DNA from: Callorhinchus milii
Taxonomy: Eukaryota
Length of the DNA stretch: 64,000 bases
Assembly (NCBI RefSeq): GCF_018977255.1
Contig: NW_024704743.1
Location: 15,440,001 to 15,504,000, forward strand
Reading direction: 5' to 3'
The notes beneath the pieces were generated by a model, which was given only the letters and a program-made list of their open reading frames with translations, did not search any database and was not told the origin of the DNA. Made by a program: the position numbers and the translations under genes. Of this stretch, positions 21,801 through 36,683 are shown piece after piece. Position 1 is the stretch's first letter, and each line of letters starts with the position of its first letter.

Positions 21801-24800
21801 GCAATAATGAAGAGGGTAGTGGCAATAAACTGTTACCCTAAATTCCAGCTGTTTCTACCAAGTTTTTTTTAAAAAAATTCTGCTTTCTGTTAAGAACAGT
21901 GACCTTATTATTTGAGTGGCCTCTGCTTGGGGAGTAAAATATACTTTAAAGAGGGTCGTGAGGAAGCAGAATAAATTGACGAGTTTTGAAATCCTCAGGA
22001 AAACCTTACTAATGGAATGTTAATGCTATTAAATTGCCTGCAGAAGATTATCTCCAAAGCCTGTCTTTTTTTCATTTTACACAGCTATGTCAAACCCCAT
22101 GCAGAATCCCGTCTGTATAGGAGTTTTTTTTTGAGGCAAGTCCCTTTTGAAAAGAGCCACTTTTAAGACTTCACATTCACTCTTGCTAAACTTGCTACAA
22201 CCATGAATGGATTAAATAATTTTCTACATTTGATGCATTCAGATTCAGTGAAAGTACCTAAATACTGTCCTATAGAAATCATACTAGGCATTCTTCCAGT
22301 GTGTTTGTGTGTGTGGGTGTGTGTGAATATGTATATTTTTGTAAACTAAGTGATTTAATTTGGGTTTTGTTTATTGTGGGCTTTGGGGATATATTTCTTC
22401 AGTGTTGACTTCTGCTGTGGTAGTGATATTTTAATTATAAAATATTCAGTTCGGCCAAAAAATAAATGAGAATCTTTGTGAAAAAAAATGTTCCACCCCA
22501 ATTTCAATGCTTTTGTTTTGCACTTCTTTGAAATACAACAGTGGACCAGGGAAAGAGCAAAACCGGAATTTTACACTTTGATGGTTTTGTCTTTGATATA
22601 CTGACAGCAAAAGGTTCACCATTGCTTTTATATACCCCAAGCAGCAACGTCAAGCAGCAGGAGAGTGCCTCAGTGCATTTGTGTTTAACTGCAGAAGAAA
22701 AAGTAGTGATAGGCAGCATGGGTTCTCATCAGTTTTCTAATCCCAGATCCCAGAAAACCTTGAGGGCATGCCTCAGATCTTAGTAAAATCATTGTAGACT
22801 CTGCCAGTTTGCAGATTAAATATGCTATGTATTCCTGGCTCCTACAACAATTTTGTGAGCTCACAGTACTTCCTGTTTTAAATTCCCCTTCTGAAGTTTT
22901 AGTATCTGCTAAAGGCAACCCATTAGACCCTGTTCTTTTTAAAAATCAGTAGCATACATTAACTTGGGGCAGATCTGGAAATTTCTAGAAAGAGCAGTTT
23001 AAAAATGATAATATCAGCAAAGTAGAAGAGCTACCAATTTTTATAGAGAGCAGTAATTCCAGATGTTTTTGAAAGGAAAATTGAAGTTATTACATGGTTT
23101 TCAAACACCCAAGGCCAAGGCCCATTGTTTGCCTTTTCATCTTCCTGATTTTTAACTTTGTGTATACCTGGTAAATTTCAAATTGGGTTAAGTGTATGCA
23201 TGTGTAAGTAAACTCCGTGTTTTGTCAGGGCATTTAGTCCCGTCTACCTGCCATACAACTGTACTTAGCTGGAATTTTGCCTAATGGTTGTATCAAAAGT
23301 AGCTGTTTACAATGGGGTGGTGGGGTCGGAGTAGAAATTTATGGGGTTCACCCCTTACTAAGCAGCTTCCGGGCTTCCAAAACATGATTCTATAAATATA
23401 TATATTTTAAAAAACCTTTTCTGTTCTCGCGTTCGTTTGAAATGATCTGATACTCAAATCGACACCTTAAACCATTTTTTCTATTTCAGATTATGCACAG
23501 TATAATTCTTGAGGATCATTGCTGTTCTGCAGTCAGTAAAAATTAATAAGCGTGTCAGGTTCTTTGCTATAGGAGGCAGTTATGAAGTATAATACACATT
23601 AATAATGTTTTATACCAGAGTTAATGCTTAATGTGATCTATTAAATGTATATACCTAATACCACAAAAAGACAGACGATCACTTATTTTAGGAAAGGCCA
23701 ATTAGTTTGCAGTTGTAAGCTCATTGCTAAATTTATGAGAAAACCATTATTAGTCTACAAGACATTAATGTGAATAATACTGTCAAATATTGTTCCTGTA
23801 TACTGTTGTTGAACAGTAAGGATTAAAAGAAAAGTAAATAAAACTCTCTTAAGGGCAGTGAGGTTGCATCTTTGTATCGCTTGGTTAGTTTATATCTTTT
23901 AAAGATCATAACATTTATAAAAGGTTTTGAAATTCCAAAGTGTTTATTTTTTCAGAGAGTGACATACACAATCTATGTACGTTGTAGTTCATTGTGTGTG
24001 CAACATTTAGCATGTATTTGTTTTGAAAATATGGAATAGAAAGCTTATTTTATTTCAAAATATTTTCTGCAAAAAAAATCTTTTTTCTTCAGTATCACAG
24101 TGTGCGGGAAGATGTTCATGTTCAACAGCACAATACAAATTCCTTTAAAAGATATTGAATTCCATAAATGCTGTCTTTACTTCTGCTTTTGCTTTTGAGT
24201 TAATGCAGCCTGAGCTAGGGTTTAGCTTACTTGCTGCCTGAATTTGACTTTTCAACTAAAACTAGTTCCTCGTCCATTGTTGTTTTGAATTAATATGTTG
24301 GTACTTCATTGAACTGAACTTCACTTGGCTTGAAGGGTTATGAAGTGCTCTGTTGTACAATTTTTATTTTACACTCCTCAGCAATGCAGTTATCCACGTG
24401 ATAAAGTGTCCTGTTAAATCTTCCGTCTAACATGACTCGATGACTGCCAACAGCTTAAGTGAAAGAAGTAATCAGAATATTTGTTTGAACAATAATATAA
24501 TTGCGAACGTATTACTTTGTGTGTGTGTGTAGATGTGTAACTAAAGGGCTTAATTCCTTCCACAAAACTTTTTTTTAAAACTCCAATGTTTGCTTGTGGG
24601 CAATGTGCCTCAGCATATGTTATTGAGGTGATGATGCTTCTTCAATGTGAACATTGTAGTTGTTTGGCAAGTTAAAAAAGGGTAGTGATTGTACATTTGC
24701 GATGTTAGTGACGAGCTGCGGTATTTGTTAAGAATTGTGTATGATTGGAGGTAGCAGTGCAAATCAAAACTGTTGAAGGGTTGCAGTCTTAAATTGTGCA

Positions 24801-26737
24801 TCTTAAATTGACTCAAAACCATTTTGTTTTCACAAAGGTTATTTTGTGAATGAAATTGTGAAAGCTCATTTGTCAAGATGTAGCATGGTTTCAGTTAGCT
24901 CTCAAATGCTGAACTTGTTGTCTGTAAGGCTGTCAGCCTGCCTGGTCATTAGTCATCCATGTATTAGTGATGCCTTGAGGCTGTGCGCCCAGTGCTTCTT
25001 AACACCATTACAGATACAAAAGTATTTGTACTCTGCCGACTTGTAGAATTACTGGTTATAGTACTGCCTGACTGAGTCTGAGGTAAGCCTCTCCCTACCT
25101 CCTAGCTGAATGTAATCCTTTCTGTCTTTCAGGGTAAATTTGGCTGAGGTTTATTATGAAGAAAAACTATTGAGAATGTATGTTCATAGGTTAAGGATAA
25201 CCGCACAGATATGTTGTGTAGTTAGACAGGTGTGTAGGGCCCAACTGGATTTGATTAAAAACTCATGGACAAGAATGATTTGGTAACTAGTTAAGTGAAA
25301 ACAGAATTTCAAATTGGCCTTGGCATTACAATATTGTTCATATTTATAGATACTTAATTTTTATTGAAAACTAAATTTATAATTTGGTTTTGCTGTTGCT
25401 GAATGTGGCCACCTGAAGAATTTACTATACTTTAGAAGAAAACGTAAATCGAAGCGGTTTTAAATGTGCAGGTGGACAGGCACTTTTATCTTTTCATTGG
25501 AAAAAATATGGTAGCTTAAGAAATATGTAGCAGTGCAGAATGGCAATAAAGCCTTCAACTTTACTGTGAGAGCTTTATAAAATGTATTGGACAAGGTGTG
25601 CATCTTTTGTGCGTGAAGTGTTGAGTTTTAATTTTAGAGCAGTTTAGAGCAACATTTTTCACAAGCAGGTTTTCAAGCATTCTTTACTAATAGTGCACAT
25701 GTAACAGGTTTTAACATGTCAATAAATCTCAACATGATTTCTAAAGTGCGGAATGAAATCAGTGCCGGCCGTTGTCATTGATATTATTACTATTATCTGT
25801 CACAATCTTTGGTTGTGAAGAATAAAAAAAAATGCTGGAAAGTGGTTTAGTGACAATGTTGATTTTAATATCGTAAAAGTTTTGTAGTGGCTATGTCCTT
25901 TGTGGAATATTTGTTACCTTGGATGCCCTGTTTGCTGTCTTCCTGAGAAAAGTAGCAACATGTGGAGACAATGGGTCAGGTTAATTGCAGCAATGAACCG
26001 TATTGCATGCGTTGAAACTAAAAACTGTGGTGAGAGGAAAACTGTGATTGCCATCAGTGTGTAGTTCTGGGCATGTTAAACGTTCCAGGCGCTGATCTCT
26101 TATCCTTCTAGCCTGAATAGCTTTGTAATTACTTGTCGGTTATACTTGAGTAATGACTGCAGCATGGTGGAGCACTGTATGAAACGAGGAGGGTGAGTAA
26201 TTAAAAGTGTTTTGATTTTCAGCCAGCTTTTAATATTTTATAGGAATGTTGAAATACTTCCTGCAGTGTTTCCTGCCATTGTAATGTTCGTTAAAGGTTG
26301 CTGGTTATTGTTGCTTAAAGATCAGAATGGCATGTACAGAGGAAGTCTTAATAGGGGGAGAAAAGTGTGAAGTAAAGCCAGGCTTAAGAATCAAACCCGT
26401 TTTTGCGTAGCTTCTAGCTAACGAGAAAAAAAATTGGTAGAGCTCTAAACAATTTTTTTCCCCTTGTGTTGTCAAGCTGACAAGGAAGGCTGAATTCAGT
26501 CTTCAAACTGAGTTTTTTTTAAAAAATTTGTCCAAAAATTGTTTGGTTTGTTTTAAAAAGGTATTGTTGTTTTGTCTTAGCCAGAACACTTTTTGAAAAC
26601 CAATTCACTGCACTATATGCTAATTTGAAAAACAAAATTCCAAAGTACTCTGCTTTTGCACGTGACATTTTTCAGAATTTTGTATCTGGTTATCTGTACT
26701 AGGCATTTTAAGAGAAATGAGAAAATAAGATAACAAT

Positions 26738-26880
26738 GTTATCTTGCATTTGTTATAACACCTTATCACGTTGTTGAGCTGTCTCAAAGCGCTTCACAGA
26801 ATATATTGTAAAGTGGAGCGACTATTTTGTGGGTGAAGTGCAGTAGCCAATTGTGCACAGCAGTGTCTCACAAACAGTTG
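26738..26880 (-). mobile_element. SINE 3' fragment
   Basis: cttgcatttg...ccttatcacg...tctcaaagcgcttcacagaatata...cagcagtgtctcacaaacag. Confidence 0.85.
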
Positions 26881-28175
26881 CGATGCTCTAACCCAAGAAC
26901 AATTGAAATGGGAAAAAGACTGATTTTGATGTGGAGGACAAAAGTGATAGAACTTGCCTTTATAGTGATAGTTTTGATCTTTAATGTCTTCAAAAAGTTT
27001 TGTGTTGGTTGTACATTGATGGTATATTTCATACCCTGGTTGCCACCTTTATCTAACTGACTTGATAAAATAAGTAATGAATAAAGACAATGGTTTGGGT
27101 CAATTGAAGCAATGAACTTAACTGCCAATTAACCAAAAGTGTGCAGCTCTAGAGCTGCTCAAAGGGCTTTGAAGATAACAGCTTGGCTTTACATTTACTG
27201 TGACAAATATTAGATTTTTTTTGTAAAGTGATTGCAAAATAATGCACTTAAAACAAATTTACCCTCTTGACTTAACAAAACCTGCTTCTATGTGTAAGAG
27301 GACATTTTTGTTCAATTTTTAAAGACAAAAATCAGTTTCTCGTGTAACAGATGGCATAAAGTGTGCAGATATTATATTTTACACTCACTGCACTGTACTA
27401 GCAGTTTCTTGACAAAATCATGTGTAACTCTCATTGCAAGCAAATGCTGGTTGTCTGGATGTATTAACTTCAAATTATTTGAATGACATTTATTGCCATT
27501 TGTCTTGAGTCACTGCATTGAAATAATAAGGCTCTTCTGGAATTAATAAGAGGCAGTAATGTCAAAATCAGAAGTTTTTACGTTTATTTTATAATCAAAC
27601 ACAGCTATGTTAATGCATTGGTATATTTGGAATGTTTATACTGCAGGAGAATTGATACCCGAGTCATTGCAGACTTTTAATCTGTAATCTACTGAGTAGC
27701 CATATGATGAAGATGTTATTAAGACGTATACAAAATGTAGAACTTTGATCACTTTCAGTATTGCATCGTGAAATAAAAAAAATTCAATAACAGTACTTCA
27801 GAAAAAAAACGAGAGTTGATTTTGAAGAAGGGTTTGTGTTTATAGCAAAGGAGTAGTAAAGGCAAATTATTTAGTTAATTGTAATACTTTCTTCAGTGCA
27901 GATCAAGTAATCATTATGATTATAGCTGCAAGGCTTTCTGCAGACTTAAAGAGTCTCAAAAAATGAATCTTAACAATGAAGAAATGCATAGGAGGTTAGT
28001 TTTTTTAAAAAAAGATGCCTTGGATTTATTAAGTAGAAACTATCTCAGTCTGTATGCTGCAAACATTCTTCATATTGCCAGTGTGTACTCTTTTAAAATT
28101 GGTACAATAATACATGGTTTGGTAGGAATGTTTGAGTCATTGTCTGTATATTTTATAATATATTTCACGTAAGCA

Positions 28176-28290
28176 AAATAATAATCCTTGCATTTGATAT
28201 AGTGCCTTATCACCTCGTTGAGATGTCTAAAAGCGTTTCACAGAATATATTGAAAAGTGAATTGATTCTATATTTTGTGTGCAAAACGCA
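28176..28290 (-). mobile_element. SINE 3' fragment
   Basis: aataataatccttgcatttgatatagtgccttatcac... Confidence 0.85.
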
Positions 28291-30384
28291 TTGATAGAAT
28301 CCAATTGTTTGATGTTTTTCGACTAGTCACCTTGTTCTGTGTTAATTGTGTATCTGCAGATATTAGGTGCCTTGCTGGCATGAAGAGGTTTGTTTGGTAA
28401 GTGCACAATGCTTTCTGGAAATCAAATAATCCTTGCATTTTGATGATTATAAACTGGGATGTAATGGATAACTAGATCTACATGTGGTTGCCAGGCAATT
28501 ATCACGTAACTACTTAATATAATTGTTTACTATATACATATAATTGTTTGTTTGTCTACGTGTGTGTAAATGTACAGTATATACAATATAAGAAGGCAAT
28601 GTTTGAAATCCGATGGCATGTAATACTCAGGAAGGCAATAATACACTTGAACTACATTGCCTAATGCATATCCCTGTTTTTTGGTGTGCCTGCTTAGCAT
28701 GTATTGGTGTCAAGAAACTACTTAAAACAGAAATGCATCAGGAACCCATTCATTCACATCGACTGGAGAGTAGAAACATAGGAACGATATTGAATTTACA
28801 ATTCCTTGTGAGTGGGCCATAGGTAGATGGTGTTTGAGCAGGAAACGGGAGTGTTGTAATCATTCGTCAAGTTGAGTACTTTACTACAGTACTGTTTCAA
28901 AATGCTGAGCTGAATTTGTACCTATACGTTAACCAATGTTATACGATGTGTGAATACATCATCTCCATGAAGTATGTTTTTGTATTTCGTGGCGATGTGA
29001 TCACAATTGAGAACAGATTGAGCCTTCACAGTGACCCACTCCATAATTCACATATCAATTTAGTTCCTATTTAAAATTCAATGTTATGTCTAGCTTCCAT
29101 CATTTTAATTGCTTAGCCAATGTGCAGTATTAATGAAGGACACATGATGAGCACTTGTGAGGTATGCCTTTTATCCCACTCATGGCAGTGACCATAATTC
29201 ATTGGTAGCCTCATTCGTTGTGAGGTTCCTTGAGTCCCCTTGTGTCACATGAATATTTACTCTACTTTTGTCATCATGTATCTTCTATCCCGATTATGAG
29301 GAGATTGGAATTTGGGCCGTATGGTGGTAGATTTAAATGCCCATTAAAAAAATCGTGTCCTTGCATGTTAATTTTGGTCTTGTTGCAGTTTAAGCTTTTT
29401 TTTCTGATTGTCTTTTCACAGTAAATTTATATTTACAAAATTATAGGTAGCAAACCAAATGTTAAAAAGCTAGCAGTAATGAACTTACGGGGTTGTGCCT
29501 AATTTTTTTTTTAGCCTTCGTCCAATACTGTACTCCCAAGTATTAAGTCATTTTTTTGTAGAATATTACAATTCATGTCAGGTAGCCATAGGAGAGCTAA
29601 TAATGTTTTGAATTTTCTTTGGATGGCTGAAATAAAACCCATCACAAACACTTGCATTTGTTCAGTAAATATGAATACAGTATCAGGGGCAAAATATACA
29701 CTACTCTGATTTAAATACAGGTGGGTTGCAACCTTTAACTCATTGGGAGGACATAGTTTTTTTATTATGATTGGCAATAGAAATGATCAGTTTTGGGAAG
29801 TAGGTGGTTGCAAATTGCTCACACATACTGATGTGATTGAAACTATCAATTATGATACCAGGAATTTGGGGTTGGTAAATGGGTACCAAATTTTAAAATA
29901 TAACTGAAATCCCAAATTGCCTTTTTTGAATTTTGCTTTTTTACATTTATTGTTGGCACTAATACATGATTAACTATTTGGGCAAAGCCAAAATACTTTT
30001 TTCTGAAAGGAGGAGGAAGCTATAACGTAACTGAGTTGAAGCAATTTTTCAAATCCTCTTTAAACCTTGGAATGCACATGTGTGTGGGCAGCCCTATAAC
30101 TAAACCCTCTTTTCATAATGTTAGTCATTTATTGGAAATATGGGTTAGCATATGTCAGCCTTTATAAATCCCACAAACTTCTGAGCAAAGCTCAATGTTT
30201 GTTCTGATCTCCTCTGTCGTGCAAACTGCATTACCATGGAACTATACGTAGCCTTGGTTAAGGAATGAATTGCACTGCTTCCTTTTTGTGGTCTACTAAA
30301 ATTATAATTCATGCAGTAAGGGTTTTTATGGCTTCACATTGTTTTGTTTAGCTCTAGTCACACATGCAAGTAGAGTTAGGACAA

Positions 30385-30735
30385 ATAATAATAGTTGTTG
30401 CATTTTATATTGTGCCTTTATTGTCAGGAGGTGCTATACAGGATTTTCTGTAGAGCGGTTTTGTAGACGAATGCAGCAGTTAGTTTGCACATGGCAGTGT
30501 CCTACAGTTAAGTGAATGACCGATTTTATCTGGGGGTTATTGTTGGCAAGAACACCAGGAGAAACTCCCTCTGCTTTTGAATTGTACCATAGGATCTTGA
30601 TGTCCTCCCGGATTGGGAGACGAACCTTGGATTAATAACTCATTAGATGGATGATGACTCCCAATAATGCAGTGCACCCTCAGCATTTCATTGAAATGTC
30701 AGCCTAAACTGTGAGCTCAAAGTCATAATGTGGAG
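30385..30735 (-). mobile_element. DeuSINE-like element
   Basis: ttggcaagaacaccaggagaaactccctctgc...accataggatcttgatgtcc...aaccttggattaataactcat is the reverse Deu domain; L2-type tail at the left. Confidence 0.75.
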
Positions 30736-32529
30736 TGGAATTCTTTGCTTTCTTTAAAAATATTTGCACATTGCCTGATTAATAAATGTTAGTGAACTGT
30801 ATTTTAATATTTTGTTTGCTTAATAGTTTAGCGTTTGCTAGATTTTCAGTTAAAAGCTGTCCCAAGTGGAAAATGTTCGAAGTATTTGATTGTAAAATAA
30901 TTACTTGGAGAGTTTCAGTTTTACAACTCAGCATTTTGGACAATGAGATCTTAAATGCAAAACTTATTAATAAGGATTCTGGGTTGCAAATGAGGTTTCC
31001 TTTGGTAAAAAAAAGTTTGTCATACAGACCTGCAGGAGTTCTGCATTGGTTCAATTTACATGCAACGTGGTGTTTTCATGTATTTGCGTAATGTAATTAG
31101 GGTTGTTAAAATAATCCCTATTTGAGATTCAGAGCCCTTATTGAGATATCCTGAGTGAATAAGCCCTAAACTCTACTCTGTGTGAGGGGCGCTATATAAA
31201 TGCAAGCTGTTGTTGAATTTGCTGTATTTTAGGTCCTTGTGCATTACAATGTGTGTCACTGAGGCAATGTGTCTTCCCCCACCCCAATCAAATTAAAGCA
31301 TGGGCACAAGCAGAAAAAAGAACAATTGGTAGCATGTATAGATAAGTTACCTTTGCTACAAGATGTAGTCCTTCCTCAAATTGCACAGAGCATTTTTCTT
31401 ATGAGTTAAGTATTGAAATAATAATATCATCTTTGTAGAAAGAGAAAATGTTATAATGGAAAATGTTTCCAACTATTAGCAGCCTAAAGCCTGACTTTTA
31501 ACAAGTCATGTGGAATATGTGTGCCATGCTAATGTGGGTGAAATAATTCTGTATACATCTTAAGTTGACTGCACAAATCTGGTTAATCGTAGCATGGGCT
31601 TTCACCACTACAGTAATTCCAAAACAGTAATTGACTGCTGTACAGAGACATAATCTCTGTTTAAAAGCAATTTTAGCTCTCCTTCCACTGGGCTCTTTTG
31701 TTGAAGAGTAAGCTCATTCATGCACAATATTTTTTGTGGAATGGCTGTGTGCAAGTAAACAAATACAGATAATTATATTTGTTTTTAAAATTGTTTAAAA
31801 CCGCTCTTTGAATTGTATATACATTCTTTCAGCTTGATAACTCTTTTAGTTTACCTTGTTGCTGTTATTGCAAAGATATGAATGTTAATGTAAACAGAAC
31901 CAGAGAAAGATGTAGCTATGCTTCACCTGAGGTGTCAATACTGTGCGTTGTGGTTATTTTCTCTCCCAGATGTGAAATACAGGAATGATGTAAGAAAAGA
32001 TTCTTATGTTCTTGGAGCTATGTGAAGCGCTTTGAATCATCATTCTAACATTACTTTAGTTCACTTTAATTTAAATGATTAGAATTCCCATGCTTTTTTA
32101 TTTTTGTTTCCTTTTAATCCTGCATGTTGCTTGCTTACGTCTCTATTTTTGCATCAAATATCCCAGCAAATGGCTCGATATACAATACACTTGTTTGTGA
32201 ATGGTTTCTTTTAATTCCCCCAACCAGAAGCAACTTTCTGCCTTTCCCCTCCTCCCCTCCCCATCCCCTGCTGTGTGAGGTGCTCCATCTAGTGGACCCT
32301 CTCAGAAGTCATAGAAACTAACGCACCCAAGTTAAGTGGGTTAAGGTGATAGGTAATCATTGGTCTTCAAACTACAACCTCAGATCCTGTTGAGTCCCAT
32401 CCTTCATTAATTTTTCAATCACGTTTTTATAAGGTAATAGTCTTTAAGAAATGCTTCAGCTTAGCATAGTTGGTAACTATCTTATGATAAATGGTAAAAA
32501 CAGTGAATTTGGGTTGTGCCTTTATCGTG

Positions 32530-32660
32530 GGTAAACATGAGGGAGAAGGGAATAGAAGGGTATGGGAGAGGGGATCAAGAGGGGGGCCAAGAGTCATGTG
32601 AAGTATAAATCCTGGCACAGACTAGTCGGCTTGTTCCTGTTTTGTGACATTCTATGTATT
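32530..32660 (+). mobile_element. CR1 3' UTR fragment
   Basis: atgagggagaagggaatagaagggtatgg...tataaatcctggcacagactag...cattctatgta. Confidence 0.7.
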
Positions 32661-33644
32661 AGGAAATCACACTGTAGAGGTCAATATTTTTGGCTATCAT
32701 TATAAGACTCCATTGAAGGTGGATTCGATTGGATATTGATCATTTTTGCTTGTTTTGTTTGCGAAAGTTACAATTGTTTGAATTAACAAACATTGTTTTA
32801 AACAAAATACTTCAGGCTATGCAGGTGCTGAATCCCATTATTATAAATGGTGATCCATTTGGACAGTACGTACGGTTTCAGTCGGCCTTTTGCCAAATGT
32901 TAATTGTTTGTTGTATTTATATGAAAATCTTTATGAATTAAATTAATTTAGAATGTGAAGTTTGAATTTGATGTGCATTAGACTTGTATTTTGTTTAATC
33001 ACAGCTAACTATTACAGAAAAGATGTTTAAATTCTGAGCAATTACTTAAATTCTATAATTTAGAAACCAATATGTGTTTTTTATTGTCAATTGCATCCTT
33101 ATGAACTATTTGCACTGTGCTTTCCTATAAATTGTGTAACTCTATTTGGTACTGTATCTCATAAAGAAGATTGTATCTGTGGGTTTAAATTTTACTTCGT
33201 TCAGGAATTTTTTGTCATAGTGAGGTCGCTTTTATTATGTTCTACAATGCCTGCTGTAGATTGTGAGTTTGTGGAAAATTGATTTATTTGAAGAAACTAA
33301 CTAAAAAAACTCTTAAATGTGTGGTGTGACTGAGTAACTGTTGCAAAGGAGAATGAGGAACTTGTGGTTGACGCGTCTCCCCATGAATGTGACTGGAATA
33401 GATTGAGGGCAAGTAATTAATAAAATATTTTCCACGGTTTGCAGTTGTGCCACTAAAAATTAAAGTCAAAATGCAGATGAACAATTGGATTTGTGTTGGG
33501 CACAATGTAGCAAAATAATGAACTGCAATAATCTTGGTAGAAATATTACTCTGATATGCCAGGAGTGGTTGGAGGGAGGAAACATTTTTCTATAGTTTCA
33601 GATTAGTTCTAAAGTTGTAATTTAAGGGAAACTGAGTAAGACAG

Positions 33645-33950
33645 TACCCTACGGGTCTTAGATTTTGAATCCAGCTCATATCATGGGATGAAAGCCATCT
33701 CTCTCTTTCTCTCTCTTTCTGATAGTTGAAGTAGTAAAAAGTGAGGTGTGTTTGGTTAGTTGCAGCCTAAATCTTAGTTGGTGAATCCATGATGCAAAAG
33801 CACTAACAATTAGCACTAAATTGATGAAATCACTCAGGCTGGTGTGGTTACTTACAGAAGCTACAGTTGTGATTTAGGGTAGACCTGCTGCTAGTTGTAT
33901 TATAGCTGATCTGGAATTGTATGGTGCTGACAGTGGAAAAATGTTCACCA
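33645..33950 (+). mobile_element. Ancient LF-SINE-like element
   Basis: ttgaatccagctc...gaaagccatc and gtgaggtgtgtttgg...cttagttgg...caattagcactaaattg follow the block order of the LF-SINE consensus as I recall it. Confidence 0.5.
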
Positions 33951-35799
33951 CCTGCACCCCTTTTTCTTTATTTGTGCCCATGTCAATAGCTTAAGCAGGA
34001 CGCAAGAAGTGCTGGAAATAACTTTTGGAATCATTTAGGGGATTGTCAACTTGTTACTTTAATAATTGTATTTGTTTTATTCAAAGACAAGATTCAATGC
34101 TGTAGAGCTAATAAGTTGGAGATCCCGAGAAGAATTTGCTCTTGGACAATACTGGTCCTAAAAATATCTTTTACATGCTGGATTGCTTCCAAGCAGAAAA
34201 CCTTCAGAAAAGCACCTCTCTGACTGAAAGAAAAAAACCCAAAGTGAACTTTATTAGATAGCTGACCATTACACCCAGATGTATAACTATCATATGCAAT
34301 CCATTTTAAGAGCAGGCTGGTGCTGGTTTCCAGCTTTTGATGTGCTAGATCGCTAATGGGTTATAAATTGTCCATGGCGCAAGGTCGCCTGTAGATCGCT
34401 GGAGTATGCTGCAGTTGGAAATAAATCTTGCTGATAATTTCTGCTAAGGACAAGCAGTTTCACTTAACTGCTGTCAAACTGAACGGGAAGTTGCTTTTAA
34501 ATAGAACAGTCTGCCTTCAGGTTTGGGAGACCCTTGGCTGCTGATGACACGTTTTAACAACGTGTGCATGTCCTACAGAACTCTATTTATATTGAAGAGT
34601 AAGGTTGTGTCATACAAATAGCACTATTTTGTGGTTTATAAAGGGTGATCGAGAAGGTTTTCCAGTGGGGACAGAACCTGGATTAGATTTTTAAAAAAGT
34701 GTATTTTCAAAGGGGCAAGCTGTCACCTCCTGACATCGTCTAAGGAAGCAATAATAGAAAGTTAATCTCTTCCAGAAGTATGAACAGCAGAAGGAGTCAC
34801 TGAAAAATATATATAACCATGCAATGGTACTGCATTTCCTTCACCTGTTTGTATACAGCTTAGCCCAGCTCACTGGAAGAGTGGAGAGACAAATATGTTG
34901 CTGTTACATGAGTTAGTGGTCAATTGTAATGGGAAAGCTCTGAATTGAAACTTTCCTTACTTAGTTCACAAATTTATAAGACATGTGATGGATTTCTATT
35001 TCCTCCATAATTAATAGTTCGGGAGCACTTTTAGTACGTTATTAGATTTTAAGAGATGCATCTCAAACTTGTGCATCCACATCAAATCTAGTTTCTTAGA
35101 ATGAGCAGACAGATACCAGATCAAATTAATATTGTGCTTTTCAATCCAAGAAAGTAAACTATTTTATTTTTTACGCAGACTGACCTGAATTTGAATTTCA
35201 GATTTTTGCAGTGGGTAATAACTCAATTTTGTTTCTCTTTGCCCCTACCGCTTCCTGGACAGTATGTAAACTTCACACCATTCTTCCTCATTGATTTAAC
35301 TTTGATACACCAATGAATAGGCCAGTGTCTAAAGAGGAAGCCATGGAACTTTGCCCGCTCAAGCGTTCACTTCCTTATAGTAGCCATACCCTTCCCAGCC
35401 TGAGTTGCTTATATGGTCTTGCTCTGGATTTGCAGCTCAATTCTTTTCTTTCCTAGCTTTGCTACTGATGGCTTCTTCCTCATGCCAGCATTTCTTCAGA
35501 TCTCACCATTGAGCAGTTTGTTTTCTTTCCATTTGTTTTAGTTTTGTGGCGAGCTTCTTTTTCTTGGTGCTTTTTGTCACAATTCTTGTAAAGTTTGTCA
35601 TTTCAGTATCTCTTTTGCCCAGCGTGGCTCCTTGCTGGGACTACAGCAGAGTGTTGAGAGTTGGGTTTGCTGAGAGTTGGAGCTTGGGAAAGGTGTGGAA
35701 TATTTAAGTTTAAAAGTTAAGCGTGTAGAGTAAGACTAAATTGGCTCTTAGACTGCCTTTGTATGAATAATCTAGTGGTTGTGGTGGAGAGGTTAGGCT

Positions 35800-36683
35800 G
35801 ATTGGCTGGTTTGAATGAAGTATAAGGTCCTACTTCTTCACTTATAAAAAGGGAGGTTAATAGAATGGGGTGAGATTACAATAATTGGTCTAACAAAAGC
35901 ATGACTACAGCCTAGAGAAGACTGGCAATTTAATATTCCTGGAGTTAGAATCCTTAGGAAAGGGAGAGAAGGGGGTGGGAGGGAGAAAGGGGCTGGGGTG
36001 GCTCCTATCAAAGAGAGAGGAGGAGGGATATTGGAGAGGAAAATACAAAAACGGAAAGGAAGAGTAAGATAACCTTAGGGGGTGTTCATTATAGATACCT
36101 GGATCGTGGCAAGGAAATGTATGAGCAACTTAAAAGGCTTGCAGTAGTAATAAGATCATATTATTGCGTGACTAATTATCTAAGGATAGATTAGGAAAAG
36201 ATAACTGAGTGTGGTGGGAATGAGGAATGATGAGGGTCTTTTGGAGGACATTGAAGACTTTCTTAGAACAATATGTTTGGATGTGCACTAGTAAAATGTA
36301 GAGGTTGCTTCGATCCAGGGCAGGTAAACTAAACAGTGACTATAATATGATAAAGTTCACTGTCTAAATGGATAAAGGAGTAAAGGAGGAGTTCGGCATT
36401 AACACTGGGTGGCAGAATTCTCATTGGGTGGAAGAACAGAGGAACATGGTGTACAAATACATAATATGTTAAACGGAAAATAGCTGTTCAAAGGGCAAAT
36501 AGGATTTTTTTGTACAGAGCCATTGAATAGAAAAGTAAGGAAGTGATGAGTAATCTATTGAAGGCTTTGGTTAGAAATGAAAAATGGATGCAGTTTTGGG
36601 AGCCATATTATAGAAAGGATCTTCGAGCTATGGAGAAGATGTACTCGTGTTTCACGAGGACAATACTGGAGATAAAAGGACGT
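35800..36683 (+). mobile_element. Old, fragmented CR1, left part (split by the younger CR1)
   Basis: About 35880-36010 gives IIGLTKA*LQPREDWQFNIPGVRILRKGREG (endonuclease N-terminus-like); 36540-36680 gives late ORF2 (...QFW.PYYRKD...). Confidence 0.75.
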
